64,000 nucleotides of DNA from Phoronis australis (GCA_002633005.1 NMRA01000636.1:44171-108170); one strand, 5' to 3'; shown: positions 14,901 to 27,842, counted from the stretch's first letter. The notes: generated by a model not told the origin, from the letters alone. A program made the numbers and translations.

Positions 14901-17103
14901 TAATACTTGAACCTTTTTGTCACTTTATTTTCTTCCCTTGTTTGCAAAGTTTAAGAATGCCGCCGGCGTCAAAACCTCCGCTTTCAGCGACTTTGTCTGC
15001 CGCGCTTAGTTTCCGTCTGCAGAGCACTAGATAAAACATATATTCGAAAAAATCAGGCCAGAGAAATGTGACAATGGTTTTGCCAACCCTCCAAATTCTA
15101 TTAAGGTGGGAAGCTCTCGTATTTTGAACAAATCTCACAACTCACGGAAAGATGTCAAATTCTCAATATTTTGATGAATATAACTGCCGGGTTATAGAGG
15201 ATGTGGGGCGACCGAAGGGACAGTACAAGTGCCTTACTGGGTTACCNNNNNNNNNNNNNNNNNNNNNNNNNNNNNNNNNNNNNNNNNNNNNNNNNNNNNN
15301 NNNNNNNNNNNNNNNNNNNNNNNNNNNNNNNNNNNNNNNNNNNNNNNNNNNNNNNNNNNNNNNNNNNNNNNNNNNNNNNNNNNNNNNNNNNNNNNNNNNN
15401 NNNNNNNNNNNNNNNNNNNNNNNNNNNNNNNNNNNNNNNNNNNNNNNNNNNNNNNNNNNNNNNNNNNNNNNNNNNNNNNNNNNNNNNNNNNNNNNNNNNN
15501 NNNNNNNNNNNNNNNNNNNNNNNNNNNNNNNNNNNNNNNNNNNNNNNNNNNNNNNNNNNNNNNNNNNNNNNNNNNNNNNNNNNNNNNNNNNNNNNNNNGA
15601 CGTGACGATAAAGCTCTTTGAAAAGGGCTACGCGTTCCGAGTATGATTGTCGTGTCGGGATTTAGATCGCCAGGTAAGATTAACCGCCCAGGGCGGTTGT
15701 CTGTCGTAATAAGCGCCCATGTTCGGTTAACCGCCCATCCCCTACTTTAGGTGGATTTTCGATTTAACCGCCCACTGTTCGGTTAACCGCCCTCCCCCGA
15801 TTTTTTAGATTCGCCAATTTAACCGCCCAGGGCGTTAACCCGAACGATTACGGTAAATTGCAACCAGGGGGCATACCAGTACTCAGATCCATCCCAAAAT
15901 AATTGTCCTTTGTTGTCAACATCATATAAACACACTTCTTAAATTTAGTAAAGATCTTAAAAACGGTTTAGGAGATACAGCAATGGGCGCAAAAAAGAAA
16001 CTGCCACTAGGAGGCGCCACAGTAGTCGAAGTCATCGGAAAATCAATATTAAGCTGTCCACTTCATAGTAAAAACATAAATGGCAATTTTCACAATTATC
16101 CTGAAAGCGGTTCGGTTCATAGAGGGGTGTGTGTACGCCAAAAAAACGACTCGAAAACAGTAAAAATGGCCACTAGGTGGCACAAACTAGGTCAAATTCA
16201 TCTGAAAATGGAAAGATAGGGTCACCTCACTAACAGAAGCATGTACGCCAAATTTTATGAAAATACGTTGAGGACCTTTAAAGATTCAGAGGAAAACGTA
16301 AAAAAATAAAATTGCCACCAGGTGGCACACCAGTAGACAGATCTGTCCGAAAGTCATCGTCGTCCATTGTCAACATCATATAAATGCACTTACTAAATTT
16401 AGTAAAGATGCTGCAAAACGGTTAAAGATAAAGTCATAGGCGCAAATAAAACAAAACTGCCACTAGGAGGCGCCACAGTAGTCCAAATCGTCTGAAAATC
16501 ATTGTCAGCTGTCCTCTTTATAGTAAGCACATACATGCCAATTTTCACAACCATCCTTTGAGCGGTTTGGTTGATAGAGGGGTGGACGCACAAAAACAGA
16601 CTCGAAAACACTAAAAATGGCCACTAGGTAGAGCAAACTACGTCAAATCCATCCGAAAACGGGAGGATGTCATCGTTTCACTAATACATACCTATACATC
16701 AAATTTCATGAAAATACCTTGAGGATCTTTGAAGATAAAAGAGGTAAATGTAAAAAACTAAAATTGCCACTAGGGGGCACACCGGTAACTGAATCTGTCT
16801 GAAAGTTCACTCATGCCATCCCATCCATGAATGGAATACATGTGCAAAATTTCATGAGCATACGTCAATCAGTTTTGGAAATAGAGCAGCGGACGCCATT
16901 CGGACAGACCGTCGGACGCAGATGACAGCATCCACATATAAATATGTGGACGCAAAAAAATTGCCACTAGAGGGCACACTGGTAGTCGTATCTGTCCGAA
17001 AGTTCGCTAATGTGTTCCATCCATGAAAGGAACACAGACCTCGAATGGACGGACGCGGATGATGGCATAATGCGCTCACACAAACACATGTGCGCAAATA
17101 AAA
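11915..17103 (-). mobile_element. Head-to-tail cluster of HINE-family units filling most of the intron
   Basis: Four terminal modules (ending about 13210, 14200, 16960, 17103) and more than 20 monomers. Confidence 0.8.
14549..15853. mobile_element. Tc1/mariner (pogo/Tigger-like) MITE with TA TSD, inserted in a HINE
   Basis: TA|CCGTAATCGTT...AACGATTACGG|TA; subterminal ttaaccgccc repeats; spans an N gap. Confidence 0.75.
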
Positions 17104-17153
17104 TTTTATTAACACACCTTCAACATACAAATGTACACACACAATAATCTTAC

Positions 17154-17309
17154 TTTGAGTCCAATACGAGTTCTTTCTTCCTGAATCAGCCGGATAGACT
17201 CATTGGCGTGCCGGACAATACATTTCTGGCTACAATAAATGGACCCATGTTCTGCCCAATTGTGACAGCCTGTTCCAATGCAATGCTGCTTGGGAGGTTC
17301 ATCTCGATG
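17154..17309 (-). CDS. DIDO1: DIDO1-like coding exon 12, Cys cluster (CIGTGCHNWAEHGSIYCSQKCIVRHA)
   Basis: Resembles the CIGPGC...SVYCSxDCIxKHA motif of DIDO/PPS; ttgcag acceptor, AAA|gtaaga donor. Confidence 0.9.
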
Positions 17310-17599
17310 CTGCAACAATTTATTTTACCAATACTGAGCAGTTTTCAAGGGCGACTAATGCAGTTGTGAAACAAATATCCAATGGCACTACATGAACTTT
17401 TATTGTAAGGGTAGAGAAGGGATCCAAAGCACATGGAAGCCAGGGTGGGAAGAGAGTGAAGAAGTCACACTCTGACTGAGGCAAAAAGTTGACAATTCAT
17501 CTCTGGTTGAAAGCTTATCTATGCAATAAACATAAAATTTCATATTTCCACCCATACCACAACCTTGGATGCATTCAAACCTCAACTAATATTACTTAC

Positions 17600-17818
17600 A
17601 CCAAACACCTTAAACCTCTTTTTGTGCTTCTTGGGATCAAGAGGTGAATCTTTCGAATGATCTTTCTTCCTGATCTCACCAAGTTTGGGCTTTGTCGTTT
17701 TTTCACCACCATCCTTATCATCTGGGTCAGACTTCTCCTGTTTGATTGGTGTTCGCTCTTTACAGGAGGAATGGTCTCTACTTTCTCGACGCTCTTTCTT
17801 GTCTTTCAAGGCTTGCAA
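17600..17818 (-). CDS. DIDO1: DIDO1-like coding exon 11 (LQALKDKKERRES...KKHKKRFKVFG)
   Basis: ORF 17582-17818; aattcag acceptor; GGT|gtaagt donor, with an alternative in-frame donor after 17609. Confidence 0.8.
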
Positions 17819-18579
17819 CTGAATTATGAAATAAACGGGAGTTTGTTACTAAAACAAGAGTAGACAATTAAGTATGAGACATCACAGCCAGCGTTTTTAA
17901 ATATGTGTAAAAATAGGGATACTTGCCACACAAGAATTGTGTCAATACCAAGCATTAACTTATTGTTTACATTCGCTATGTCGAAATTTCAACTATAAAG
18001 AAAATAAGATAAGCAAAGAACTGACTTGTTTACGAGGCAAATTCCTTTCGGATGCCATGGCGACGACATGAGTCAGTCCGTTGTTATGGATTAAGTAACA
18101 GGAATATCAGCACATGAAATGTGGGCAGTAACGCACCAACTGTCATAGACAATGATACAACACACTCATAATGAGATTCTTAAAATAAAATTTATGACAT
18201 AAGCGTACAAATGGTACAATCTAAAGAGAACTTTTCAAAATATTTAATTCAGACAATCATCGGAAAAATATATGAGCGAAATTTAGTTTACAGCACGGCG
18301 TAAACCATTATGCTGCATTATACAAAATAAATATTAATGGAATTGCAAAATGGACCATCATTCTGCCAAATGCCTATAGAGTCCATCAAACGATGACAAA
18401 ATTTCTGGAGACACCAAACTCCTCAAAGGAAGGCCGTAAGGCCTCCCATACTCTCCCAAGACTTCATCAGCACTTGGAACTTAATTCATCGATACACCCT
18501 TTGGCTGCTTTTACCACCACACCAATGCCAACACTGGCAACAATCTACCACAAAAAATACTCATACAACCTCTAGTTAG

Positions 18580-19076
18580 CAGGGCTTGGAATGACCAAGG
18601 ACAAAAAACGCGGAAACTTTGAAACTTTTACGGCCCAAATCATGCGCGCTACCCAGCCTTGAAATGGTCGATGTGAACCTTTCCCCAACAAAAATCGGGA
18701 GGACTAAAAAAAAACAAAAAAAAAACCGTTACCACCATCAGTAGCATGCGTCTGCATCCTTTTAGCTCGTCCGTCCACTCCCAACCCACACATTTTTGGC
18801 TGCAGAGCCTAGTATTTGTCGCCGCGGTTTACAATAACACGAAACGCCATTGAAAATCCCACCACACTATCCCAGATGCCCCGGCAATGTTGACATAAAA
18901 AGCAACTTCCGCTTTTCGAGGTGAACGTCGTCTGCAACGCCACGGTAAGAAAGAAATTTGCCACGGAAATTTTATATCAAATCCGATTTTTTTTACGCGG
19001 AAATATTATAAAATACGCGGACAGAACATTTGAAAAAAGCGGAAATCCGTGTTTCCGCGAAAAATTCCAAGCCCTG
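18580..19076. mobile_element. About 500-bp MITE with 6-bp TSD (hAT6-like)
   Basis: TIR CAGGGCTTGGAAT/ATTCCAAGCCCTG, TSD AGTTAG. Confidence 0.8.
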
Positions 19077-20632
19077 AGTTAGGGAATTTGATGTATTTTA
19101 ACAAGGTCTTGCCAGAGAAAAAAAACAAGCCATAATTATTAAATACATGACAACCAGACCTGTGTACCACCAAAACTGCATTGGAATACTCTGAACACCA
19201 GATTTGCAGATTTGTTAGTTTGCAGATTTTCGCTTACAGACCGAATGTACCCTAAAATATAGGGGGGGGCATGAATATTTCGCAATGGACCTTTCACTAA
19301 CTAAAAAAAATAAAACAATAAGTCTGCTCAGTGTTCAGAGCTTTCGCCGAATTTTTGCCTCTTTAGTGGATTTTTGTCTGTTTTCTCGGACTTTTGGTTT
19401 CTCTCAGGACTCTTTTTGCCCACTTCGCCAAATGGGGAACTCATTCAAGCCCCCCTGGCTACGTGCATGGGTACTTTTCCTACTTACTTGCCTCTGAAAC
19501 ATTTTCTAATATACACGTAGTGAATTGACCACCAATTTTCAGACTAATTTAAGTTGTTTAGTTGAGGGACAACACGCTTAGTGAAAAGATCCGGTTAATC
19601 AATACAAAATGTCCTTACTGAACTTAGTTATGTTAATACATGGCTAATGTACACCTTATTTCTTAACACAAAAATATATCTGCAAAAATGTGTTGATGAA
19701 TCTGCACTGGACAATGTTTTGCACCAGACGATGTTTTCTTAACCACTCACAAAAGTTTTGAATAATTATTCATTGCAAGTGTCTGTGAACACGTACCACC
19801 GTACTGCATGCGAAAAGACCTTGAGGCTCAAGGCTCGACTGTGGCTCGAGTATTATCGTCAGCTCAACTTGCTATGAAGTCACTGCAGTCACCATGTCAG
19901 CAAAAAACAACACGCTATACAACTTGCATTACAAATTCCATGGTCCCTTTTATAAGACATAGTCCTTCTTTGGAATAACGTGGCAAAAACAGATGTTCCC
20001 TTCTTTCAGAAGCTACTTTCTTCACAGCTCGGAATACGCGACCACTCATGCTTTGCCATTTTGTCAACAGTAAATATTTAGCCGTAAATAGCTGGAATTA
20101 GATGAAGTAAGCAATCCACAAATCAAAAAAGTCGTTGCTTATAGGTTAGGCCTGTGACACACATACCGATACAAGAGGCCTCGCAATTTGCCGATTATCG
20201 GGATATTCCGTGAATCAAACGAAGCAAGTTTTCCGAGTTTGTAGCTCAACTTTTTGGCTAAAATAATTATTTTACAATATTTTTTTAAATTCTAACTTCA
20301 AAATCTTCTTCCTCGTCCATTTCGACTACAAATGAGCGTATTTATTGAGAAAAAGCGAAATAATAATCTCTTTCGAATTTGTTAAATTTGCGTATTTTTG
20401 CCTGGCCGTGCGTACTTGCATACTGGAGGCTTGATTTCCATATGAATCTGCATTTTTTGCATACGGTACACAGGTCTGGACAACAGCATAATTATGAAAA
20501 CATAGGCCACATAATTTTGTTGAACAGTTGACCTTCATGGAAACAATTATTGGCACAGGATACAACTTATTTTGTTTTTAACTGGATTTAACAATAACTG
20601 GGGAGAGGGGAAAGCTTGTCCCGTCAACGTAC

Positions 20633-20745
20633 ACTTATTTCCCTCTTCCGATCCTCTTGATCTTCCTTTTCCTTCTTTTCTTTCATTCTCTCCGACTTCA
20701 GTTCTGACTTCACATTGGTCTTCTTCAACTCAGTGATCTCCTTGT
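20633..20745 (-). CDS. DIDO1: DIDO1-like coding exon 10 (K/E-rich)
   Basis: tacag acceptor, AGT|gtacgt donor, 113 nt, phase 1/0; bridges the phases of both neighbours. Confidence 0.75.
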
Positions 20746-22091
20746 CTGTAAGTATGATTCAGAAATATTCATATGACCCAAGTACGGGTACCACATTGAC
20801 AAGTCAGATATAATGCTTTTAGGTGCCTACTGCACTCCATTGTCCATTATATTACTTGTAATACACATTAAAAAAAACACTGACAAATCATAAGCGTGAC
20901 CACTGCAAACAGTTGGAAGGATATCATCCGCAGAGCATTCACTGGATCTCCTGATGATGTTGTAGGCTACGTGTGTAGAATGACAGCCACAAGATAAATA
21001 GACCCACTTAGAATGAGTTCCCCTAGCGATTAAAGTTGAAATGGTTCACACATTTTTGGTTTCAGTATGGTTAGGATTTTTCGCTCACAATTTTATTTTT
21101 TGACAAAAGGGACGCATACCAAAACTACTTTATTTCTGTTTCTGTTGACGAAGGCTGTTATTACATCTGACAATTTCAGTGATCCATTTTTGTTGTTTTA
21201 TTTACATATATTCAAAACCACCCAAAAATGTAACATGTATTTTACATGTCACAAAATAAAAATTCAGTCTAATACACACCAAGTGACGTAAGAGTGAGAA
21301 GTGAGCAACGCTGAGGCGTTGGAATGCCCACACAGAGCATCGCTGGGGCGTTGGAATGCCCACACAGAGCATCGCAAATGGTATGCTTCTAGGGATGCTT
21401 TCAAGTTTCGTGAACTACAATAACATAAAATTTGACTACTGATAGTAGGCAGATCATATACCTCTGTGCCATGTTTCACTGAAATCCATCAATCGGTTCT
21501 CTACATATGTTCCAGAAATACTCAAACTCAAAATGGCCACTAGGAGACGCTCTACCAATCGAATGCACCCAAAAATCAAATGGTGACAGTGCATTGCCAT
21601 TAAATACCTTTCTCAAGTTTAGATGTTACATGGGAACACTCTTCCTCCAAACAACACTTGAAAACCCCCTTGTTGAAAATAAAATGGCCACAAAAAGGCA
21701 CTACAGTGGTTCAATCTGCTCAAAAACTTGATGGTGACAGCACACTGACATCACATACCTCTTTGTCAACGTTCCTTTAAATGGAATCTCTACATATCAT
21801 CAGGAAACGCTTACAAACAACATGACCACAAGGAGGCTGGACAGTAGTCAAATATACACGAAAACCAAATGGTGCCAGCGAATTTACATGATATACCTCA
21901 ATGTCAAATTCATTTGAAATCCGTTGATTTGGTTCCCTTGATATCACCCAGAAATGCTCTTCCCCCCAACGAACACTTGAAAAATCTACTTATTGAGAAC
22001 ACTAAGAGGTGGTGCAGGGGTCAAATTCCGCTTGAAAATTTAAAGATGCCAGCGCATTGATATCAGATATCTCTGTGTCAAGTTTCATTAA

Positions 22092-23750
22092 AGGAAAATG
22101 CCACCCGATTGAATTAGTCTTTTTTACCGTCTTAATCAGTCGATATCCACATCGTCTCGCATACGGTCGACCTTAACTTGCCGAAAGATGTCACATTAAC
22201 CTGTGAGTAAGGTGAGAAACGACGCAGTGACGTCAGTGGTTTATTTGCAGAGTGAATGGCGCTATGTTGCGGTGCATCGTTCCCGCTTGTCCGAACTATG
22301 CAGCTTCGAGGAAAGCGGGTATATCGTTTTTTCGATTTCTTCAAGAATCCGAAATGCTTAGGAAGTGGCTCGCGATAGTGAAGAATGAAAAGTATCCTGT
22401 TAATAGCAAGTATGAGGCCATGAAACATCTCTGTGTCTGTGGCCAGCAGTCGTGGACATTGAGTCAGACGCCGCCGGCTTACCAAAAAACTATCCATACA
22501 TTCCGTTGTCTGTGCATGTTCACGACGCCTCTAATATTTATTGATAACTGTACTCCTGTTCGAACTGACAGCATGTGAAACTTAACAATGCACCTGCAAA
22601 GTCTTCATCGACCTCTAGTCTAGAAGCCAGGATTCTGTTGACGTTCTGCGTTCTGATTCAAAATGAAATATTCCCGCCCTAGCCAATGCTTATATAAAAC
22701 TGAAACAAAGTCTGTCTCATTAGATACAATTTGTAATACCTTTTGATTATTCGTGAGTGCAAATGTTTTGAGAAGCCAGCAATGAATAAACCGCTGCATT
22801 ACCGGCTTCAGATGCAAAATGGTAATTGACCGGGCACCGAGGCCGTGTGAGCGCATGCAAATTCAGTGTTTGCTGACAGAAACTGTTGTGAAACAATAAC
22901 TCGATTTTCTATCCCACGGCCAGATGTTAGGGAAATGATTGTCAATGTACAACTTCTGTCCTGACAGTTCTGTAGCCAAAGGGGAACCTGAATTCGCGGT
23001 CCCCCGACAAATAAGTAGATTTGTAGTTTCGTGGCTAATTCACCAACATAATCACGTGCACATTACTTCTTTGGCTCACTAGTATAGTATTTTCTTGACT
23101 GGAAATTTAATTTCCAACTTTAGCTGGTTTACATTCATGATGTCTTCAGTCCGCCCGCGACGGGCCTGATCAGTTTCTGAGCCACTGGCCGGGATAATGA
23201 ATCAGTCCGGCCGCGGCAGGCCTGATAGCCGGGGTTTCGAGCCACTGGCCAGGATAACGAGCGTTTTGTGTGTTTAGAAATAAGAAAATCACAAGTCTAA
23301 ACAACACAGATCAAGGTTCTCCTGTCTGTATTTCACTGAAGAATACTTCGAATTTATCTCCAAACAGACCTCAAATTCCTGCTACAGGACCTTGGTAAAT
23401 TGGCCTGTCGAACTTTGTAGGCTACGGTGTGTCCAAATACCATTAAATCCGTAACAGCGAAATAAAACAACTCGTTTTTATAAGAACTCGGTGTATTTTT
23501 AAGGGTTTTACATTCAAAAGTTTGATGATTTATTGGTGTTAAACGATGAATTCAAGCGATAAGCTGACACCGCTAACCCATTGTGAACTGCTGAACAGAC
23601 TGCGTGTGAAACCAATGACATCATTGGATAATTTCAACACTTCTGTCTGCCGTCAGGTGTCAGGTAACGCAACCGAACATGCCGTTATGGAGTAGAATTA
23701 CTCGATCCAAATTGACACAAAATAGGTTGTTTTTTGGGTGGCATGCTCCT
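22092..23750 (+). mobile_element. Kolobok-type DNA transposon remnant with a THAP domain
   Basis: TTAA|AGGAAAATGCCACCC...GGGTGGCATGCTCCT|TTAA; the ORF at 22252 reads MLRCIVPAC...SFFRF...RKWL...LCVC (THAP). A related terminus fragment lies at about 30503-30620. Confidence 0.75.
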
Positions 23751-24432
23751 TTAAAATTTGTAAATACTGAACAAGAGCAACACCGGGGTGTTGACATACA
23801 CCCACCGTGCACTGCAAATGATACAATTCTAGGGGCCACAGTGCTGCAGTAGTCGAATCAGACCGAAAATCAAATGGTGCAGGCCCATTGTCATCATATA
23901 CCTCAGAGTCAAGTTTCATTACAATCCATCAATCAGTTTTCTAGATATTATCTGAAAATGCTCTTCCCCACACAACATTTAAAAAGCCCCATGTAAAGAA
24001 TAAAATGGTGCTGGCACATGTTTATCATATACCAGCTCTTGCTGAATACAAAATGGCCACTAGGAGGTGCTGCAGTGGTTGAAACCACCCGATAATTTAA
24101 TGGTGCTGGCACTCTTTCTCAAAATAGCCACCAGGAGGCACTGCAGTGGTCCAAATCTGTCTGAAAATGTAACAGTGCCAGTACATTGTCATCATATACC
24201 TCTGTGTCATGTTTCATTGAAATCCGTCTACCGATTCTCTAGATGTCATCCGGAAACGCTCTTCCCCCAAACAGCACTTGAAAAGCCTTGTCAAGAACAA
24301 AATAGCCACTAGGTGGTGCGTCAGGGATCAAGTCCACCAGAATGGTGCAGGCGCATCGATGTACATGTTTCATTAAAATCTGTGAAGCCATTCTCGCCCG
24401 GAAACGTTCTTCCTTCCAAAATACTGAAAAAG

Positions 24433-24549
24433 CCAGGCATCCCTGACCATAGGTTGTGGGGCAGATTGATGCCAGGCGCCCCTGACCATAGGTTGTGGGG
24501 CAGATTGATGCCAGGCACCCCTGACCATAGGTTGTGGGGCAGATTGATA
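24433..24549. repeat. 39-bp tandem repeat, about 3 copies
   Basis: Unit ccaggcacccctgaccataggttgtggggcagattgatg. Confidence 0.9.
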
Positions 24550-24555
24550 AGTGGC

Positions 24556-24989
24556 GTGAACCTTTCTAGTGATGCACTACACCTTTGTGAACCTTTCTAG
24601 TGATGCACTGCACCTTTGTGAACCTTTCTAGTGATGCACTACACCTTTGTGAACCTTTCTAGTGATGCACTACACCTTTGTGAACCTTTCTAGTGATGCA
24701 CTACACCTTTGTGAACCTTTCTAGTGATGCACTACACCTTTGTGAACCTTTCTAGTGATGCACTACACCTTTGTGAACCTTTCTAGTGATGCACTACACC
24801 TTTGTGAACCTTTCTAGTGATGCACTACACCTTTGTGAACCTTTCTAGTGATGCACTACACCTTTGTGAACCTTTCTAGTGATGCACTACACCTTTGTGA
24901 ACCTTTCTAGTGATGCACTACACCTTTGTGAACCTTTCTAGTGATGCACTACACCTTTGTGAACCTTTCTAGTGATGCACTACACCTTT
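24556..24989. repeat. 31-bp minisatellite, 14 near-identical copies
   Basis: Unit gtgaacctttctagtgatgcactacaccttt. Confidence 0.95.
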
Positions 24990-25394
24990 GTGCCAAATTT
25001 CATCATAATCCAACACAAAAGTTTTCAAGTTATAGAGCAGAAACACGGACAACAGTACAACCGGACAACAACATAAAGTGACAGCAATATGCGACCACAT
25101 ATATGCGTGGGTGCATAACAATTACTGCAACTAGTAGGACATTTATGGTATTTGATGTCTTTTTGCATGTAACTTGGCCCTTTTAAAGCTGTGCAATTTT
25201 ATAATCACTTTGGCCACTTCTATATTAAAAGGCAAGAGAGGTGTCATCTATGCATGCACAATATCAGCTTATTGCTTCTGATGAGTTCCAGGCACAAAAA
25301 GGTCCCTCAAGAGGCTTTAGAAATTAAGATACAAGCAGAAAACCATACGCCTAGACCGAGATGGTGGAAACTTAGTATACACAGTTATGCGTAC

Positions 25395-25516
25395 CTTTGC
25401 AGACAGGACATATCCACTCCTCGTCATTCTTCTCCATTGCCACGCCCCTAGCCTTAGTGATCTCCACACAGTCACCATGGTACCACTCATCACATTTGTC
25501 ACAGCAAATCATGAAT
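25395..25516 (-). CDS. DIDO1: DIDO1-like coding exon 9, PHD finger (FMICCDKCDEWYHGDCVEIT...WICPVCK)
   Basis: Completes the C4HC3 PHD signature with the previous exon; ccag acceptor, G|gtacgc donor, phase 2/1. Confidence 0.95.
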
Positions 25517-27428
25517 CTGGTACAAAAGCAGCAACTTCAGTCAATCATTGCTAATGACTACGGTACTTGAAATGGTAATTTCTATCTTACTACTCTATAT
25601 AACACTTTGCACCCTTACTACAAAGCACATCTGAATGCAGAAATTGAAAATGACTACTAAAATATTATGCCATGGACTACTTGAGCACCAGTCATTATAT
25701 TATCGTCAGTTCATTCACACTTGCTTCACAAAAGGGGATCTCATTCCTCCAGCATACGCTTACTTTATCTAAATACAACTGTTGACAATCATTTCTAAAA
25801 CACAATTAAAGCACAGGCACTTGAGTTTATCTGTTAACCGATCACCACTGATGTCATTCACTACTAAGAAAACATAAAGGTTGGACACTCAAAATCTGTT
25901 TGCTCACAATTTTCACCTCAAATGTGCATGGAACTCCACGAAACTAACATTGAACATATCTTTGAATTCCTTCTTTCATTAGATCACTTCACATTTCCGA
26001 GTGGTAATTTGATGACAAAAAATGTCAAAGAACACCAAAATCATAAATTGAAGGACTTTATTTTGTGAAGAAAGACGATCTTCGAGCATCCGGGTTCTTG
26101 GCGGATGGGTTCTTGGCGGATGGGTTCTTGGCGGATGCTCCCAACGCAATTCTGGAGCTCTGTTTTCGCATGCCCACGAATGTTGTTTGAGAGCCCTCCA
26201 CATAATTTAGTATCAGTTTGAATGTATTTAAACTATGATTATGCAAAACAACATTGTTAATAACTGTGGTACCACGGGTTGCTGGCTTCTAACTCTGGCC
26301 TACTGCGAAATCCGGCATTTACTGAATCTAAACGGTGATTTACTGCGACTAAGCCTGTGGTCAGACATCGGAAATGTCCACCAAAAACCGAGTGTTCGTT
26401 GTGCTCCAACAAAGAGTAGCACATAATGTCAAGATCAAACACAAGATATGCCCGTTCTTGCAATTAAATTCTAGGTTAAGGGTTAAAATGAGCTATAAGA
26501 AGAAACAAATTACACTTAAGAGAAGGTTAATTTTAATAACTTCAATCATTGAAATTGGGGATAAATTTCTTGACTTTGACATCATAGAGATTGCTTGCTC
26601 AAACTCGAAATTTTATCTTCGACAGGCGTACGCACAACCGAAATCTGCCATTTCATGTTAACTACTTTAGGTCCTTGAATTCAGAGTTTTGAGTTTGCTT
26701 TAAAAATTTCATCGCCAATTCACCACTCACAAGGATAATTTAATGAAATCAAGGAAAAATAAGGCTTCGGAGGTTTATTCAATACCAGTCTGAGAAAGAT
26801 GCACGGACATTTTATTTGGATTTGGGACAGCTGAAATTGGGCACCTTGGTGTCCAACCTTTATGTTTCTTAATATGGTTATAAGTCATCGGGAAATTCGA
26901 GCACCTGTGAATTAAAGTTGCTCAAATCAGAAATGTGAAAGTCAGACTTTTGCTCATCTCGGACAAAGATCCGTGATACGGTTGTTCCTCAAATAGGTCA
27001 CATTTTGCTTTACTCTGACAAAATCTCTGTCCACTGGGATTTGAGATTCATGAGTTTCGCTGTACTATGTGAGATAGGAAACTTGCATGAAACCATGTTG
27101 TCTTGTTAGATATGCAACGATAACAGAACCTATCACCACATTGCTCACATGACACCATCAGGTCTTACTTTGATCGTCACGCCTTAAGTCTAGGTAACAA
27201 CCAATCGCACAGGCTCCTACAGCTGGTCTACATTCAAGAAATGCATGGAGGCCATGCGTGTAACATGCCATAGACTGGCCACAGACCAGCCACACAAGTT
27301 CTTTGTAATGTAAAACAAACTCTACACCCACTTACATTTTTTTAGTGATTTGGAGCATGCCAAAAATTGCATGGCCAAAAAATCACATGACCAGTTGTGA
27401 AAATCGGGCCTTACCTCGCGGGATTACA

Positions 27429-27614
27429 AACAGATATACTTCTCAATGCGAATTACCTGTCCCCGTGAGGCTCTCTACGGATGCACCACAACAGATATAC
27501 TTCTCAATGCTAATTACCTGTCCCCGTGAGGCTCTCTACGGATGCACCACAACAGATATACTTCTCAATGCTAATTACCTGTCCCCGTGAGGCTCTCTAC
27601 AGATGCACCACAAC
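27429..27614. repeat. 61-bp tandem triplication spanning an exon end and its donor site
   Basis: Unit aacagatatacttctcaatgctaattacctgtccccgtgaggctctctacggatgcaccac. Confidence 0.95.
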
Positions 27615-27842
27615 TTGGTTGGGTCATCCTCCTCCTCCCAATCTTCATCACCCTCGTCATCCTCATAACTAAGACCATCATTCAAATCTGAATCATCTGA
27701 TTCCACATCCTTAGACTGAGTTCCAAACTCTTTTTTCTCAGTCTTTCCTGACACTTCCTTGATAGGTGGTTTAGCTTTGTCCTTGTCTGGGTTTTCTGGT
27801 TTCTTATCAGGAGACTTGTGTTTTGTCTCTTCTTTTCTGTGG
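27579..27842 (-). CDS. DIDO1: DIDO1-like coding exon 8, acidic tract and start of PHD finger (DDPTKLWCICREPHGDR)
   Basis: ORF 27575-27880; donor AG|gtaatt; acceptor gives an exon start at 27842 (gag) or in-frame at 27836 (cag); phase 2/2. Confidence 0.9.

Larger units (their letters stand above)
21295..25120 (-). mobile_element. Diverged HINE subfamily copies (21295-22090 and 23770-25120), interrupted by a Kolobok element and minisatellites
   Basis: Termini gagcaacgc..gcgttg and atgcgaccac...gtgggtgcataac; monomers with ggccactagg motifs. Confidence 0.6.

Noticed and set aside
15152-15646. ORFs spanning N runs (also 51917-52223 and 7010-7270)
   Set aside because: Assembly gaps.
24556-24989. 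31-bp repeats resembling a CRISPR array
   Set aside because: Units are contiguous with no spacers, there are no cas genes, and the context is a eukaryotic intron.
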